In this document: one piece after another, positions 49,535-58,409 of the stretch
Numbering within the stretch: the stretch's first letter is position 1
Layout: the number at the start of each line of letters is the position of its first letter
Assembly (NCBI GenBank): GCA_041481635.1
Contig: JBGPCF010000001.1
Span: 18,044-82,043 of the forward strand
Length of the DNA: 64,000 bases
DNA from: Terriglobia bacterium
Lineage (GTDB): Bacteria > Acidobacteriota > Terriglobia > UBA7540
Reading direction: 5' to 3'
Translations under genes and position numbers: made by a program
Notes under the pieces: model-generated
Database searches by the model: none
The model's input: only the letters and a program-made list of their open reading frames with translations
Told to the model about the DNA's origin: nothing

Positions 49535-50338
49535 TTAAGTTTGGGTGCTCGAGTCTTGTCGGGGATTCAATCGCGCCAGCGAGAGCAGAGTGAAAAACCA
49601 GCCTGCGACGAGGAGCAGGAGCCCAAAACCCAATCGCAAGGCCGCTTCGGTGTAGTCCCAAAACCCGGGCGTAACTTGGGGATGCCAGCCAAAGAGAAAG
49701 CTCGCAAGCCAGCCAAATACCAGCACGCCGGCAACGCTCGTGAGAAACGAACCACGGTATAGGCAGTTACCGAATATATGTTTACTCTGCCGAAAGGCTT
49801 CCCCCCAACCCGACCGCAAGAGTGTCATAAGGAAAGTCAGCAGGAATCCACAGACCACAACCCACACCGCCGACTCAATCCACCAGATGATTTTTTCGAT
49901 GACGATATGGCTGGTGGGTTTCTGGGAATGGAATGTCAGGAACGACGCGATCTCCACCGTGTGCTCATCCACCCAGCCCAAAACCAAAGAAACCAGATAA
50001 GTCAAAACCGCCGCCCCCAATGCCAACCAGACAGTCCGCGCCAGGAGTCTCCGATTGAAAGTGACAAACGTGAGGCCACTGCTCGGCGGGCCGCCGAATC
50101 CGGCAGCTTCAACGGCGCTTGCAACCGTACCGGCCAGAACACTAATCGCGATCAGAACTTGCGCCAGCCCCCAGACGAAGGTCAGCACCAACATCAGCGC
50201 GGAGGATTCAGGCAGCGACAGCCATTGATAAGCCGCCAACACCCACAAAGCAGAAAGCACGCCCAGCCCCAGAAGCGCGAATGGACTGCGCGCGACCAAC
50301 CTCAAACTCCATAGCCAAGCTTCAAGAGTCTTCTTCAT
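49535..50338 (-). CDS. hypothetical polytopic membrane protein (last gene of the A2M cluster)
   Basis: About 6 hydrophobic helices. Starts 28 nt after the A2M stop on the same strand. No family recognised. Confidence 0.45.
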   Translation of the reverse strand: MKKTLEAWLWSLRLVARSPFALLGLGVLSALWVLAAYQWLSLPESSALMLVLTFVWGLAQVLIAISVLAGTVASAVEAAGFGGPPSSGLTFVTFNRRLLARTVWLALGAAVLTYLVSLVLGWVDEHTVEIASFLTFHSQKPTSHIVIEKIIWWIESAVWVVVCGFLLTFLMTLLRSGWGEAFRQSKHIFGNCLYRGSFLTSVAGVLVFGWLASFLFGWHPQVTPGFWDYTEAALRLGFGLLLLVAGWFFTLLSLARLNPRQDSSTQT

Positions 50339-50366
50339 TTTTCAAGTGCCCGTAGTCTTCCTAACG

Positions 50367-53300
50367 CTATCTCGGCTTCACCGTTACAGTAAGGCTCCGC
50401 GTTGAGCTTTGCCGGGCCGGTTCGTACATGGGCAGTACTCTCGCAGGGTTGGCCTGGAACGTCCCCGGAGTCACGGCTTTCAGCAAGTAATGGAACTGTC
50501 CCTGCCCCCGCTGGAACCGGGTGGAGAACAATGCCGCGCGGTCATCATGGAATTCCCGTTGCGTATAGTAGTAATCCCACCACGGCGGCCTGGATTTTAG
50601 TTCATACAAGTTCTCCTGCTCGATGAAATCAAACCCGGCAGGAATGGGATCTTCAATTTGCAGGTATTTTTCGTCGGCTGTCGCGCTCACCGTCAATCTC
50701 ACCACCACAATGTCTCCGCTTTGGACATCGCCAGTCAGCGGCTGCTCGTCATATACAAAGCGATCTTTCAGCTTTTCAGGAACGAGCTTGAAATACTCGC
50801 GAACGACATTCAGCGCCGTACTCCCGGTCGGCGCAGGTTTGGGCTCGCGCGTAAAATATGTGGCAAACGCGGACCAGTAAAGGACCCCCGGCCCGCTTTT
50901 CTCCACTCGAACCTCATTGGGGCCCGCGTGAATGTCCGGCGGATTAAAAGTGACGACAAACGGCTGCGGATTGCTGACATCTTTTTCCGTGATACGCCGG
51001 TCAGCAACCTTCTTCCCGTTCACGAAAAGGGTCAATGAGTAATTCGGTTTCAACTCGCCCGAAACTTTCAAATAGTCGATCAACCCATAGACCGCCGTCG
51101 CGGTTTGTTCCGTGGATTGCCAGAAATAGCCGTCGGAACGATGGTCAATCAGCCAGCGCGCAGCTTTGGGCAACAGCTCGCTCTTCGGGTCAAGGTCGGC
51201 AAGGACTTTGACGGCGTACGCTGTGGTCTCAAAAGAATTGTCGGAAGAAAAATCAATCATCACCTGACGCTCCGACTGCCACCAGGCATAGGGCTCGCCA
51301 ATCTTCACGGATTGTTCGAGCTTCTTGACGAACACCTGTGCGCGAGGATCCTTCTGATGGGCCAGCAGCAAAGCCATCAACGCATCCCCGTGCGATGAGA
51401 GTTTGTTTCGCGTTTCGTAAAGCCCGTTGAAGAGCTGCGGGTCCACCGGGCCACTGATCGCCAGCGCGTATACCATGTAGGCGCGAATGTCCGCGATCGC
51501 CTCAGGATTTTCATTAATTTGCTTCAACAGCGACTCCCGGCCACGCCTCAATCGATCTTCATTGATTGAATAGCCAGCTTCCTTCGCCTGGGTGAATCCG
51601 GCCACTACGTAGGCAGTCATAAAGGGATGGGTTTCGTCGGTTTGCCACCAGCCCCAACCACCGTCCTCATGCTGGAATCGATAGAGCCTATCGAGTCCCG
51701 CTGCGATTTTCTTGTCCAATTCAATCGACGCTCCCGGCGGGGTCAGGCCCAGGTCCTTCACGGCGCGCGTCACGATAATGTTGGGCAGGAAGCTTGACAT
51801 GGTCTGCTCCACGCACCCGTAAGGATAGCTGGACAGGAATTCGAGCGCGGAGAAGATGGTCCCCGCCATGGATGGCGCCATATCTATGCGCAACGAGGAG
51901 GCGTCTGGGTTGATATCTGCAGGCAGAGTCACTTGGTTCTTGGACTCCGTCCCATCCGACATCAGCGTGGAAGAGAATGAGTTGTTTAGTTTCAAGCCCC
52001 ACGGCTCCACCGGAGCCGTAAGTTCCACAGCGTCCGACTCTTCGTCGGTCAGCGCCTTGGCGAGGAATTTGGCTTGCCCGATCTTCGTTGCGTGGACCGT
52101 CCACGTGACCACAGCCTCGCCGTTCTTCGGGACCACGAGGGGGCTTGGAGCGCTTTCAGCCAATTCAACCCCTGTCGCCTCCAGAGACATCTGAGCCGTT
52201 TTGTCAGACTCCAGGTAGTTGTGGACAATCCCCGTCACCGTGACCGTATCTCCCTGGGTAAAGAACCTCGGAAGCTCCAAACGCAAGATCAGGTCTTTAC
52301 GCGTAATCGCCTTCTGCGTCACCTGGCCCACCAGCGTGTCTCGGCTGATGGCCCGCACCGTCGCCCGCCAGGTGGTGAGCGAGTCGGGGAAATTGAATGT
52401 GGCGCGCGCGCGCCCGGAGGAGTCCGTCACCACGGACGGCATCCAATAAATCGTATCGGGAAAATACTTTCGGATTTTCGGCTGAACAACCTGGCCGGCA
52501 TTCTTGAAATCCGCGAGTTGGGTGGGGGCTCGCAACCGCGTCAGGTCCATTTTCTTGTCGCCCGAATAGCCACTGAACCAATACGCAGTTGAAAGTTCCG
52601 TGTACACCCTGTCCCAATTCTTGCCGTAGAAGGTTTTTTCGGGCGCCTGGACAGTGTCCGGTTGGATCGCATAAATAGCCTCGTCGACCACGCCCAGGCT
52701 CACTTCGGTGCTTACCGGCTTGCCGCTCGCATCGACAGTCCGGATGGTATAGGTAACCTTGTCATTGGGCCTGTACTTGTCCTTATCGGTTTCAACCGTC
52801 ACCTTCAAGACTTTTTCAGCGGCGGGAACTGCAACGTCCTTGGTCACCTCCGACAGTTGCTCATCCTTTACGTAAGCAACGCCGACGAAGAAGTTGGGCT
52901 CATAACGTTCTTCGATGGGAATATCAACCTTCAGCGAATTCCCCGTTACGGCGCGCACCGCCCAGGTGTAAACTTGCCGGCCTTCAGTCGTCACCAGAAC
53001 CTGCGCGTTGGGCTGGTTGGTCACAATCAAGACATGGGCGGTATCGCCTGGCTTATAACTGTGCTTGTCCAGATAAATCTCCGGCCGCCGGTTGCGCAAA
53101 TATTCGTCGGGGTATGTGACGTCGGAAATCCACAAGTAGGAATCGAATCTTGCCTCGCGGCCGTTGGAATCAGTGGCGCCCGCCCGTATGGAGACATAAG
53201 GAATCTTGGGCACCTTGTATTCAAAACGTCCCGCACCGTTCTGATCTGTCTTGACGGTCGCCTGGGTCGAGGGGCCTACCGCATTCTCCTCACCCCAATA

Positions 53301-55160
53301 GTTGCGCCGTTCAAATGTCAAATTGACATTCATCGACACGGGCTGTGAGTCATAGTCGAAAGTTCGAACTGTAACCCTAGCCTGGTCGCCCGGCGCATAA
53401 ACGTAGCGATCGGTGTCGAGCATGACGACCACGGTGGAGTAAGTGGCCAGTGCGGCTCGGCCTCCCACAATTTCGTGATTGCTCGCGTCAGTAACATGCG
53501 CTTCCACTCGGTAGGTGTAATCGGTGTGGTGTTCCTCATCCACTTCAGTAGGCACCGAAATTGTCAACAGCCCATTCGCATCCAATTGTCCTGTGCCCTG
53601 GCTGATTTCATCGCCAATGTACCCGCCCCGGTTTGGTCCTTCGCTCCCACCTTCGTCCTCTCCGCCTGATCCGCCGCCTTCGCCTTCAAAGTCGGAAACG
53701 CCCCATAAAATCTGCCAATAGGGGAAATAGTAAGTGGACCTGTAGACGGAGTATTTCACCTGACCATTCGCCACTGGGGCGCCAAAGTAATACTTTCCGC
53801 TGATGGTGGCCCTGATAGAATCGCCCTCAAGGTACCGCTTTTTATCCGTTGAGACGGTCACTTCAAACTCAGGTTTCTGGTATTCCTTGACCTCGAAGGA
53901 TCCATAAACGGTCTTATCGCCGATGTGCGCGACAATCGAGTAAGTCCCAATCGAAGCCAGTGGTCCCAAAACCAGCTTGCCGCTGAAAGAGCCGAAGCTG
54001 GAGAGGGGCAACTTCTGCTGGTAAAGGGATTTTTGATTGGCGTCGGTAATCTCCACCGTCACCGGACTGGGCACATCCGTGCTGTATTTTCCGGCGACGC
54101 GGGCTCTCAGGATCCCCTTGAATCCCACCTCGTGCGTGGGCCGGTAAACCGGCCGGTCCGTATAGATGTACCCGACGTACTCGGTTGCCGACGTATCGTA
54201 GAAGAAAAAGGGTTCGACGCTGGAGGCGACAAAATCCTGATCCGTTTTCGCCAGCATGATGGCGTTTTCGATTTTAACGTCTTTGAGCTTCGCCTCCGAA
54301 ATCCCCTGGGCGTCGGTTATGCCGAGAGCCACCTGTTCATGGTTGTTAATCACCACGGTTTGCGCGCCCTCGACGGGGGCGCCTGAATCGCGATGGACGA
54401 CGAAAAGAAGAACCTGGCCGGGCGCACTCTTGGAGACCAACGCCATGTCTGTGATCATCAGGAGCGTGTAAGCTCGAAGGCCGGCGCTCGTGACTTCAAT
54501 CAGATAAAGGCCCTTAGTGTGGAGGTCGACGGGGATTTCCTGCCATTCCGTGTCGCGGGTGCGCGGCAATAGTTCACGCCAGGACAGGACGAGTTGCTGC
54601 CGGTTGAGCAGGGGCATTTGGGCGTAAGCCGTCACGTCGAGAGGAATTCGAGTGACTGGTTTCGAAGCGAGTTGGGCGGCGTGGCGTTGAGCACGGGTTT
54701 CGTAACTGACTTGTTCGCGAAAGAAATCACGGATCCACTCCCGCCAGTTGCGTTTCCAATCGTGGAAGCGCTCCAGCCACGTTTTCTCGCGGGCCAGCTC
54801 TTGCTTCATGCTGCCGAAGGAATGGGCGTCCTTCAGCTTGGCAAAAAACTGGATGGGATCGTTCACATGATAAATCCGAAAATCCAGGTGATCGACCCGC
54901 CGGAATTCAATCGAGACATTGGGCTTCTGGGAAGGCGCGTAGGTTTGCCGCGAGGACACGGAGAAATACGGCTCGGTGGATTCCGGCGTGTCTCCCTGAC
55001 CCTCTTGAGCACGGGCCAGGGACGGCGTGAGCAGTGCGCTCATCAAGAAGATGAGGCCAAGCGCGGCCGCAAATTGCCAAACGCGGCCGACGGAGGTACC
55101 GCCCAGAGAGGACAAGCACTCTCTATTCTGCCTTCGCGAAATTGGTTGTCCCAAACTCAT
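50367..55160 (-). CDS. bacterial alpha-2-macroglobulin family protein with thioester motif
   Basis: 1597 aa with a signal peptide and repeated beta-sandwich (MG-like) regions. YPYGCVEQTMSSF (CVEQ encoded at 51804-51815). Confidence 0.9.
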   Translation of the reverse strand: MSLGQPISRRQNRECLSSLGGTSVGRVWQFAAALGLIFLMSALLTPSLARAQEGQGDTPESTEPYFSVSSRQTYAPSQKPNVSIEFRRVDHLDFRIYHVNDPIQFFAKLKDAHSFGSMKQELAREKTWLERFHDWKRNWREWIRDFFREQVSYETRAQRHAAQLASKPVTRIPLDVTAYAQMPLLNRQQLVLSWRELLPRTRDTEWQEIPVDLHTKGLYLIEVTSAGLRAYTLLMITDMALVSKSAPGQVLLFVVHRDSGAPVEGAQTVVINNHEQVALGITDAQGISEAKLKDVKIENAIMLAKTDQDFVASSVEPFFFYDTSATEYVGYIYTDRPVYRPTHEVGFKGILRARVAGKYSTDVPSPVTVEITDANQKSLYQQKLPLSSFGSFSGKLVLGPLASIGTYSIVAHIGDKTVYGSFEVKEYQKPEFEVTVSTDKKRYLEGDSIRATISGKYYFGAPVANGQVKYSVYRSTYYFPYWQILWGVSDFEGEGGGSGGEDEGGSEGPNRGGYIGDEISQGTGQLDANGLLTISVPTEVDEEHHTDYTYRVEAHVTDASNHEIVGGRAALATYSTVVVMLDTDRYVYAPGDQARVTVRTFDYDSQPVSMNVNLTFERRNYWGEENAVGPSTQATVKTDQNGAGRFEYKVPKIPYVSIRAGATDSNGREARFDSYLWISDVTYPDEYLRNRRPEIYLDKHSYKPGDTAHVLIVTNQPNAQVLVTTEGRQVYTWAVRAVTGNSLKVDIPIEERYEPNFFVGVAYVKDEQLSEVTKDVAVPAAEKVLKVTVETDKDKYRPNDKVTYTIRTVDASGKPVSTEVSLGVVDEAIYAIQPDTVQAPEKTFYGKNWDRVYTELSTAYWFSGYSGDKKMDLTRLRAPTQLADFKNAGQVVQPKIRKYFPDTIYWMPSVVTDSSGRARATFNFPDSLTTWRATVRAISRDTLVGQVTQKAITRKDLILRLELPRFFTQGDTVTVTGIVHNYLESDKTAQMSLEATGVELAESAPSPLVVPKNGEAVVTWTVHATKIGQAKFLAKALTDEESDAVELTAPVEPWGLKLNNSFSSTLMSDGTESKNQVTLPADINPDASSLRIDMAPSMAGTIFSALEFLSSYPYGCVEQTMSSFLPNIIVTRAVKDLGLTPPGASIELDKKIAAGLDRLYRFQHEDGGWGWWQTDETHPFMTAYVVAGFTQAKEAGYSINEDRLRRGRESLLKQINENPEAIADIRAYMVYALAISGPVDPQLFNGLYETRNKLSSHGDALMALLLAHQKDPRAQVFVKKLEQSVKIGEPYAWWQSERQVMIDFSSDNSFETTAYAVKVLADLDPKSELLPKAARWLIDHRSDGYFWQSTEQTATAVYGLIDYLKVSGELKPNYSLTLFVNGKKVADRRITEKDVSNPQPFVVTFNPPDIHAGPNEVRVEKSGPGVLYWSAFATYFTREPKPAPTGSTALNVVREYFKLVPEKLKDRFVYDEQPLTGDVQSGDIVVVRLTVSATADEKYLQIEDPIPAGFDFIEQENLYELKSRPPWWDYYYTQREFHDDRAALFSTRFQRGQGQFHYLLKAVTPGTFQANPARVLPMYEPARQSSTRSLTVTVKPR

Positions 55161-55166
55161 GGCCGC

Positions 55167-56108
55167 CTATCGCAATAATTCAAATCGATACACACCCAAG
55201 AAGCGGGGATTCGCTTCTATCGGACGCCAATGGGCGTCCGGATGGCGCGCCAATAAATTCACTTCCACTTCGCGTATTTCCCCCCGGTGACCGTTCAGGT
55301 CGCCCGTATGATAAACAATCCACTCCAGCCCGCGCGGCTGGAAGTACGACGGGCCGATAAAAATCATGGAGTGAAAAGGCTGCCGCTCGCCCGGCTGATG
55401 GTAGAAAAGCAAATCCCCGGGCCTGGCTGCGCGAATATTTCTGGAAATAAAAAATGAATTGTAATGCAACAGCGTTCCGGCGTCGGCAAACTCCCCGAAA
55501 GCGCCGCGATCGATGTCGTAAGGCACAAAGGGTCCCGGCTGGACGCGAAACAATCCGCGGCCCAGTGGCCATTCCGGGTAGACAAATTTCATGATGTCCT
55601 TAAAGCCGGGATCATATGAAAGGTTCATGGAATGGCGCCATGCCGCAGTGTGCGGCGCCAGCGCATTGCGGTAAGCGAATCTCACCAGCGCCGCGCAGTC
55701 GTCAATTTCCTCGTGCGCTTCTGGCGCCGGCCGGTAATACTGCAACTCGGCCAAATACGTGACCCAACGAACAAAATCCTCGCGGTCTTGCTCGCTGTCA
55801 AGCCGGGCTGTGTCCGGAAGACCGTCGCCCCATCGGTCGGTCCAAGTCCCTGTCTGGGCAATCGAAGGGGCAGGGTGATTTGGCCGGGAGGGCATGGCAG
55901 GGACGCTTCGCGCGATTCGACTCAATCCCAGACTTCCCGCTATCAGTCCAATGAGGAATGCGGCACTGAGGAAAATCGAAGAGGGTGAGTTCAAACCGTG
56001 CCGCACTTTGATCTCTCGAATGTAAATGAAATCTGAAACTGGGGGGATTCTAAGGCCATCCATGCAGGAGCGCAAGCGCATTTTCGGATTGATAAATATT
56101 GCGCTCAA
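55167..56108 (-). CDS. DUF1175 family protein (YfaT-like)
   Basis: DCAALVRFAYRNAL...PGDLLFYHQ...FHSMIFIG resembles DUF1175 (recollection). 6-nt gap to the A2M start. Confidence 0.65.
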   Translation of the reverse strand: MSAIFINPKMRLRSCMDGLRIPPVSDFIYIREIKVRHGLNSPSSIFLSAAFLIGLIAGSLGLSRIARSVPAMPSRPNHPAPSIAQTGTWTDRWGDGLPDTARLDSEQDREDFVRWVTYLAELQYYRPAPEAHEEIDDCAALVRFAYRNALAPHTAAWRHSMNLSYDPGFKDIMKFVYPEWPLGRGLFRVQPGPFVPYDIDRGAFGEFADAGTLLHYNSFFISRNIRAARPGDLLFYHQPGERQPFHSMIFIGPSYFQPRGLEWIVYHTGDLNGHRGEIREVEVNLLARHPDAHWRPIEANPRFLGVYRFELLR

Positions 56109-56246
56109 ACTGGAGTGCGATACAATACTCGCACGGACAGGGCATTGGAATCTATATTCTCAAGCACTCTTTCGAATGGTAAGCCAGTTTCGAACAGGTC
56201 AAGCACTGACGGTCCCAATGGGCTGCCCCAGCATGGAGGTCTTCCA

Positions 56247-56855
56247 ATGACCAAAGCAGAAGGGCTACAAGTCTCCGCGGACGAACAGGCAAAGCTTTCA
56301 TTGAAGGAAGAAGGGGCATCTTCCGCGATCGAACAGCGCCTGACGGCGATCGAGGCGCGCCTGCTCAATTTGGAGCGTCGCGCGCCAGAGGATCGGGTCT
56401 CCATGGTAGTGTTCAGTGGTGAAATGGACCGCGTGTTGGCCGCCTTTGTGATCGCAACGGGCGCCGCTTCCATGGGGATGGAAGTTTCAATGTTCTTCAC
56501 CTTTTGGGGGCTGAGCGCATTGCGAAAGAAATGAAGTTACCGAGGCAAGCGTTGGAATGAGAAGATGATGGCCCTGATGACGCCCGGGAACACGCGCGGC
56601 CTTCCTGTTTCCAAGCTGAACTTTTTTGGAATAGGCTCCAAGCTCCTGCGAAAAATGATGAGGGATAAAAATGTGGCCAGCCTGGAAGAATTGATCGCCA
56701 TGAGTCGCGAATTTGGCGTGAATGTAGTCGCATGCCAGATGTCCATGGACGTGATGGGTGTGGGCCGTGATGAGTTGGCCGATGGGATCGAGGTGGGAGG
56801 AGCGGCCACTTTCCTTGGAGACGCAGCACGGTCAAGAATCTCGTTGTTTATCTGA
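56247..56855 (+). CDS. DsrE/DsrF-like (COG2210-type) sulfur-relay protein interrupted by one in-frame TGA (56532-56534): recoded (Sec?) or split/pseudogene
   Basis: Track ORFs 56115..56534 and 56565..56855 share a frame. Read-through gives ...MFFTFWGLSALRKK-[TGA]-SYRGKRWNEKMMALMTPGNTRGLPVSKLNFFG...VVACQMSMDVMG.... Homologs are a single polypeptide as I recall. ATG 56247 lies 6 nt after GGAGGT. Confidence 0.5.
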
Positions 56856-56962
56856 TAGACCCGAAAAATGCGTTCGACAAAACTCCGGAGAACAAAACCA
56901 TCGAACAGATTCCCGAAATTACAGCGGCCGAGCTGAAACAGAAGCTGGACGACAAGGAAAAC

Positions 56963-58051
56963 TTGTTTCTACTCGATGCCCGCAACGAAGACGAATTCAA
57001 CCACTGGCGAGTTGAGAGCCGTCATCCGCTGCCCACCGCCAACGTGCCTTACTTCGCCTTTATCGAGGACGAGGAGAACAGCATAAAGAAAGTTCCGCGC
57101 GGTTCACAGGTTGTGGTCCTCTGCGCCAAGGGAGGCTCGTCCGATTATGTCGCGCAACTTCTCCGCGACCACGGCTACGAGGCTATGAACGTCGCGGGTG
57201 GCATGATTGCCTGGGGGAACCTTCACGAAATTCGCTCTGTCGTCCGGGAAAGGAACCTGGAAATCCACCAAGTCGATCGAGTCGGCAAAGGGTGCCTTTC
57301 CTATATCGTTTTGACTTCCGCGGGAAGCATCGTGATTGATCCCTCCCGGCACGTGAAAGACTATTTGGAATTCACGGGCGCCCGTGGCAGTGAAATCCGC
57401 ATGGTGATTGATACGCACGCTCACGCCGATCACATCAGCGGGGGCGCTACGCTTTCCCAGGCCGCCCAGGCACGTTATTTCTTGCACCCGTTCGATGCTA
57501 TTCATCAGATGGATGCCTTGCGCGCGCGCTTTCAGTTCGAGCCCCTCTGGGACGGTAAAGAACTTGAACTCGGTGGCGTCACCATCCGGACCATCCACAC
57601 GCCCGGGCATACCTTGGGCGAAATCAGCCTGCTGCTTAACGAAAAATATTTGCTCACCGGAGATACGCTCTTCATTCGCTCCGCCGGGCGGCCAGACCTG
57701 GGGGGCAAGGGAGAGTCATGGAGCCACGATATGTACGCGACCGTTTTTCATCGCCTCCTGTCCGTCCCGGCAACCGCGACGGTGTTGCCCGGTCACTACA
57801 GTGATCTTGCAGAGGCGAACGACGATGGGACTTTTGCTGCCCGGCTCGACGAGGTCCTGAAAACAAATGACCTGTTGCGTCCCCGAACTGAACAGGAATT
57901 TGTTCAGCACATCATGTCCAGCCTTCCGGAATTTCCCAAACAATACGTGGACATCAAGCGGATCAATCTGGGGCTGCATCCGGCGGATGAAGAAAAGCAA
58001 AGCGAACTCGAGTTGGACAAAAACGCATGCGCCCTGGCCAAGCATAATTGA
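56963..58051 (+). CDS. rhodanese domain fused to MBL-fold persulfide dioxygenase-like domain
   Basis: Rhodanese active-site loop VVLCAKGGSS. MBL motif IDTHAHADHISGG. The coding frame clearly continues upstream of the TTG at 56963 (see findings), so the 5' end is uncertain. Confidence 0.8.
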   Translation: MFLLDARNEDEFNHWRVESRHPLPTANVPYFAFIEDEENSIKKVPRGSQVVVLCAKGGSSDYVAQLLRDHGYEAMNVAGGMIAWGNLHEIRSVVRERNLEIHQVDRVGKGCLSYIVLTSAGSIVIDPSRHVKDYLEFTGARGSEIRMVIDTHAHADHISGGATLSQAAQARYFLHPFDAIHQMDALRARFQFEPLWDGKELELGGVTIRTIHTPGHTLGEISLLLNEKYLLTGDTLFIRSAGRPDLGGKGESWSHDMYATVFHRLLSVPATATVLPGHYSDLAEANDDGTFAARLDEVLKTNDLLRPRTEQEFVQHIMSSLPEFPKQYVDIKRINLGLHPADEEKQSELELDKNACALAKHN

Positions 58052-58087
58052 GAAAATTTAGGACAATCCACAAGTCAAGGAGTGCCT

Positions 58088-58345
58088 GTGACCAGCGTTT
58101 CTTTTGACAAAGAACTTGATGTACGTGGGGCCAAGTGCCCCATGCCGATTGTTAAAGCGCGGAAGGAAGTCCTCGGGCTCACTACCGGCCAAGTTCTGAA
58201 GGTCATCAGCACTGACCCCGGATCGATGTTGGATTTTCAGGGCTGGGCCAAGATGGCGCAGAACATCGAGTTGGTCAATCAGGAAATCTCGCGTGACGAT
58301 GGAGGGAAAGACCTGTACATCCACTTTGTGCGCCGAAGTGCATGA
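58088..58345 (+). CDS. TusA/SirA family sulfurtransferase
   Basis: DVRGAKCPMPIVKARKE (CPxP motif). GTG 58088 lies 5 nt after AAGGAG. Confidence 0.85.
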   Translation: MTSVSFDKELDVRGAKCPMPIVKARKEVLGLTTGQVLKVISTDPGSMLDFQGWAKMAQNIELVNQEISRDDGGKDLYIHFVRRSA

Positions 58346-58409
58346 TGCGCGGAGTGGAGCACCATGCGCCGATCCCGTACCCACAATGCCCCCGATCCCG
58401 CTGCAATCT

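Noticed and set aside
56115-56246. Upstream extension of the DsrE-like ORF (track start 56115)
   Set aside because: The extension (MRYNTRTDRALESIFSST...) has no SD. ATG 56247 has GGAGGT at ideal spacing, so the extension is probably untranslated leader.
56847-56870. Programmed frameshift fusing the DsrE-like gene to the rhodanese-dioxygenase gene
   Set aside because: The frames differ by -1, but there is no X-XXY-YYZ slippery heptamer near the DsrE stop (TTG TTT ATC TGA TAG) and no evident downstream stimulatory structure.
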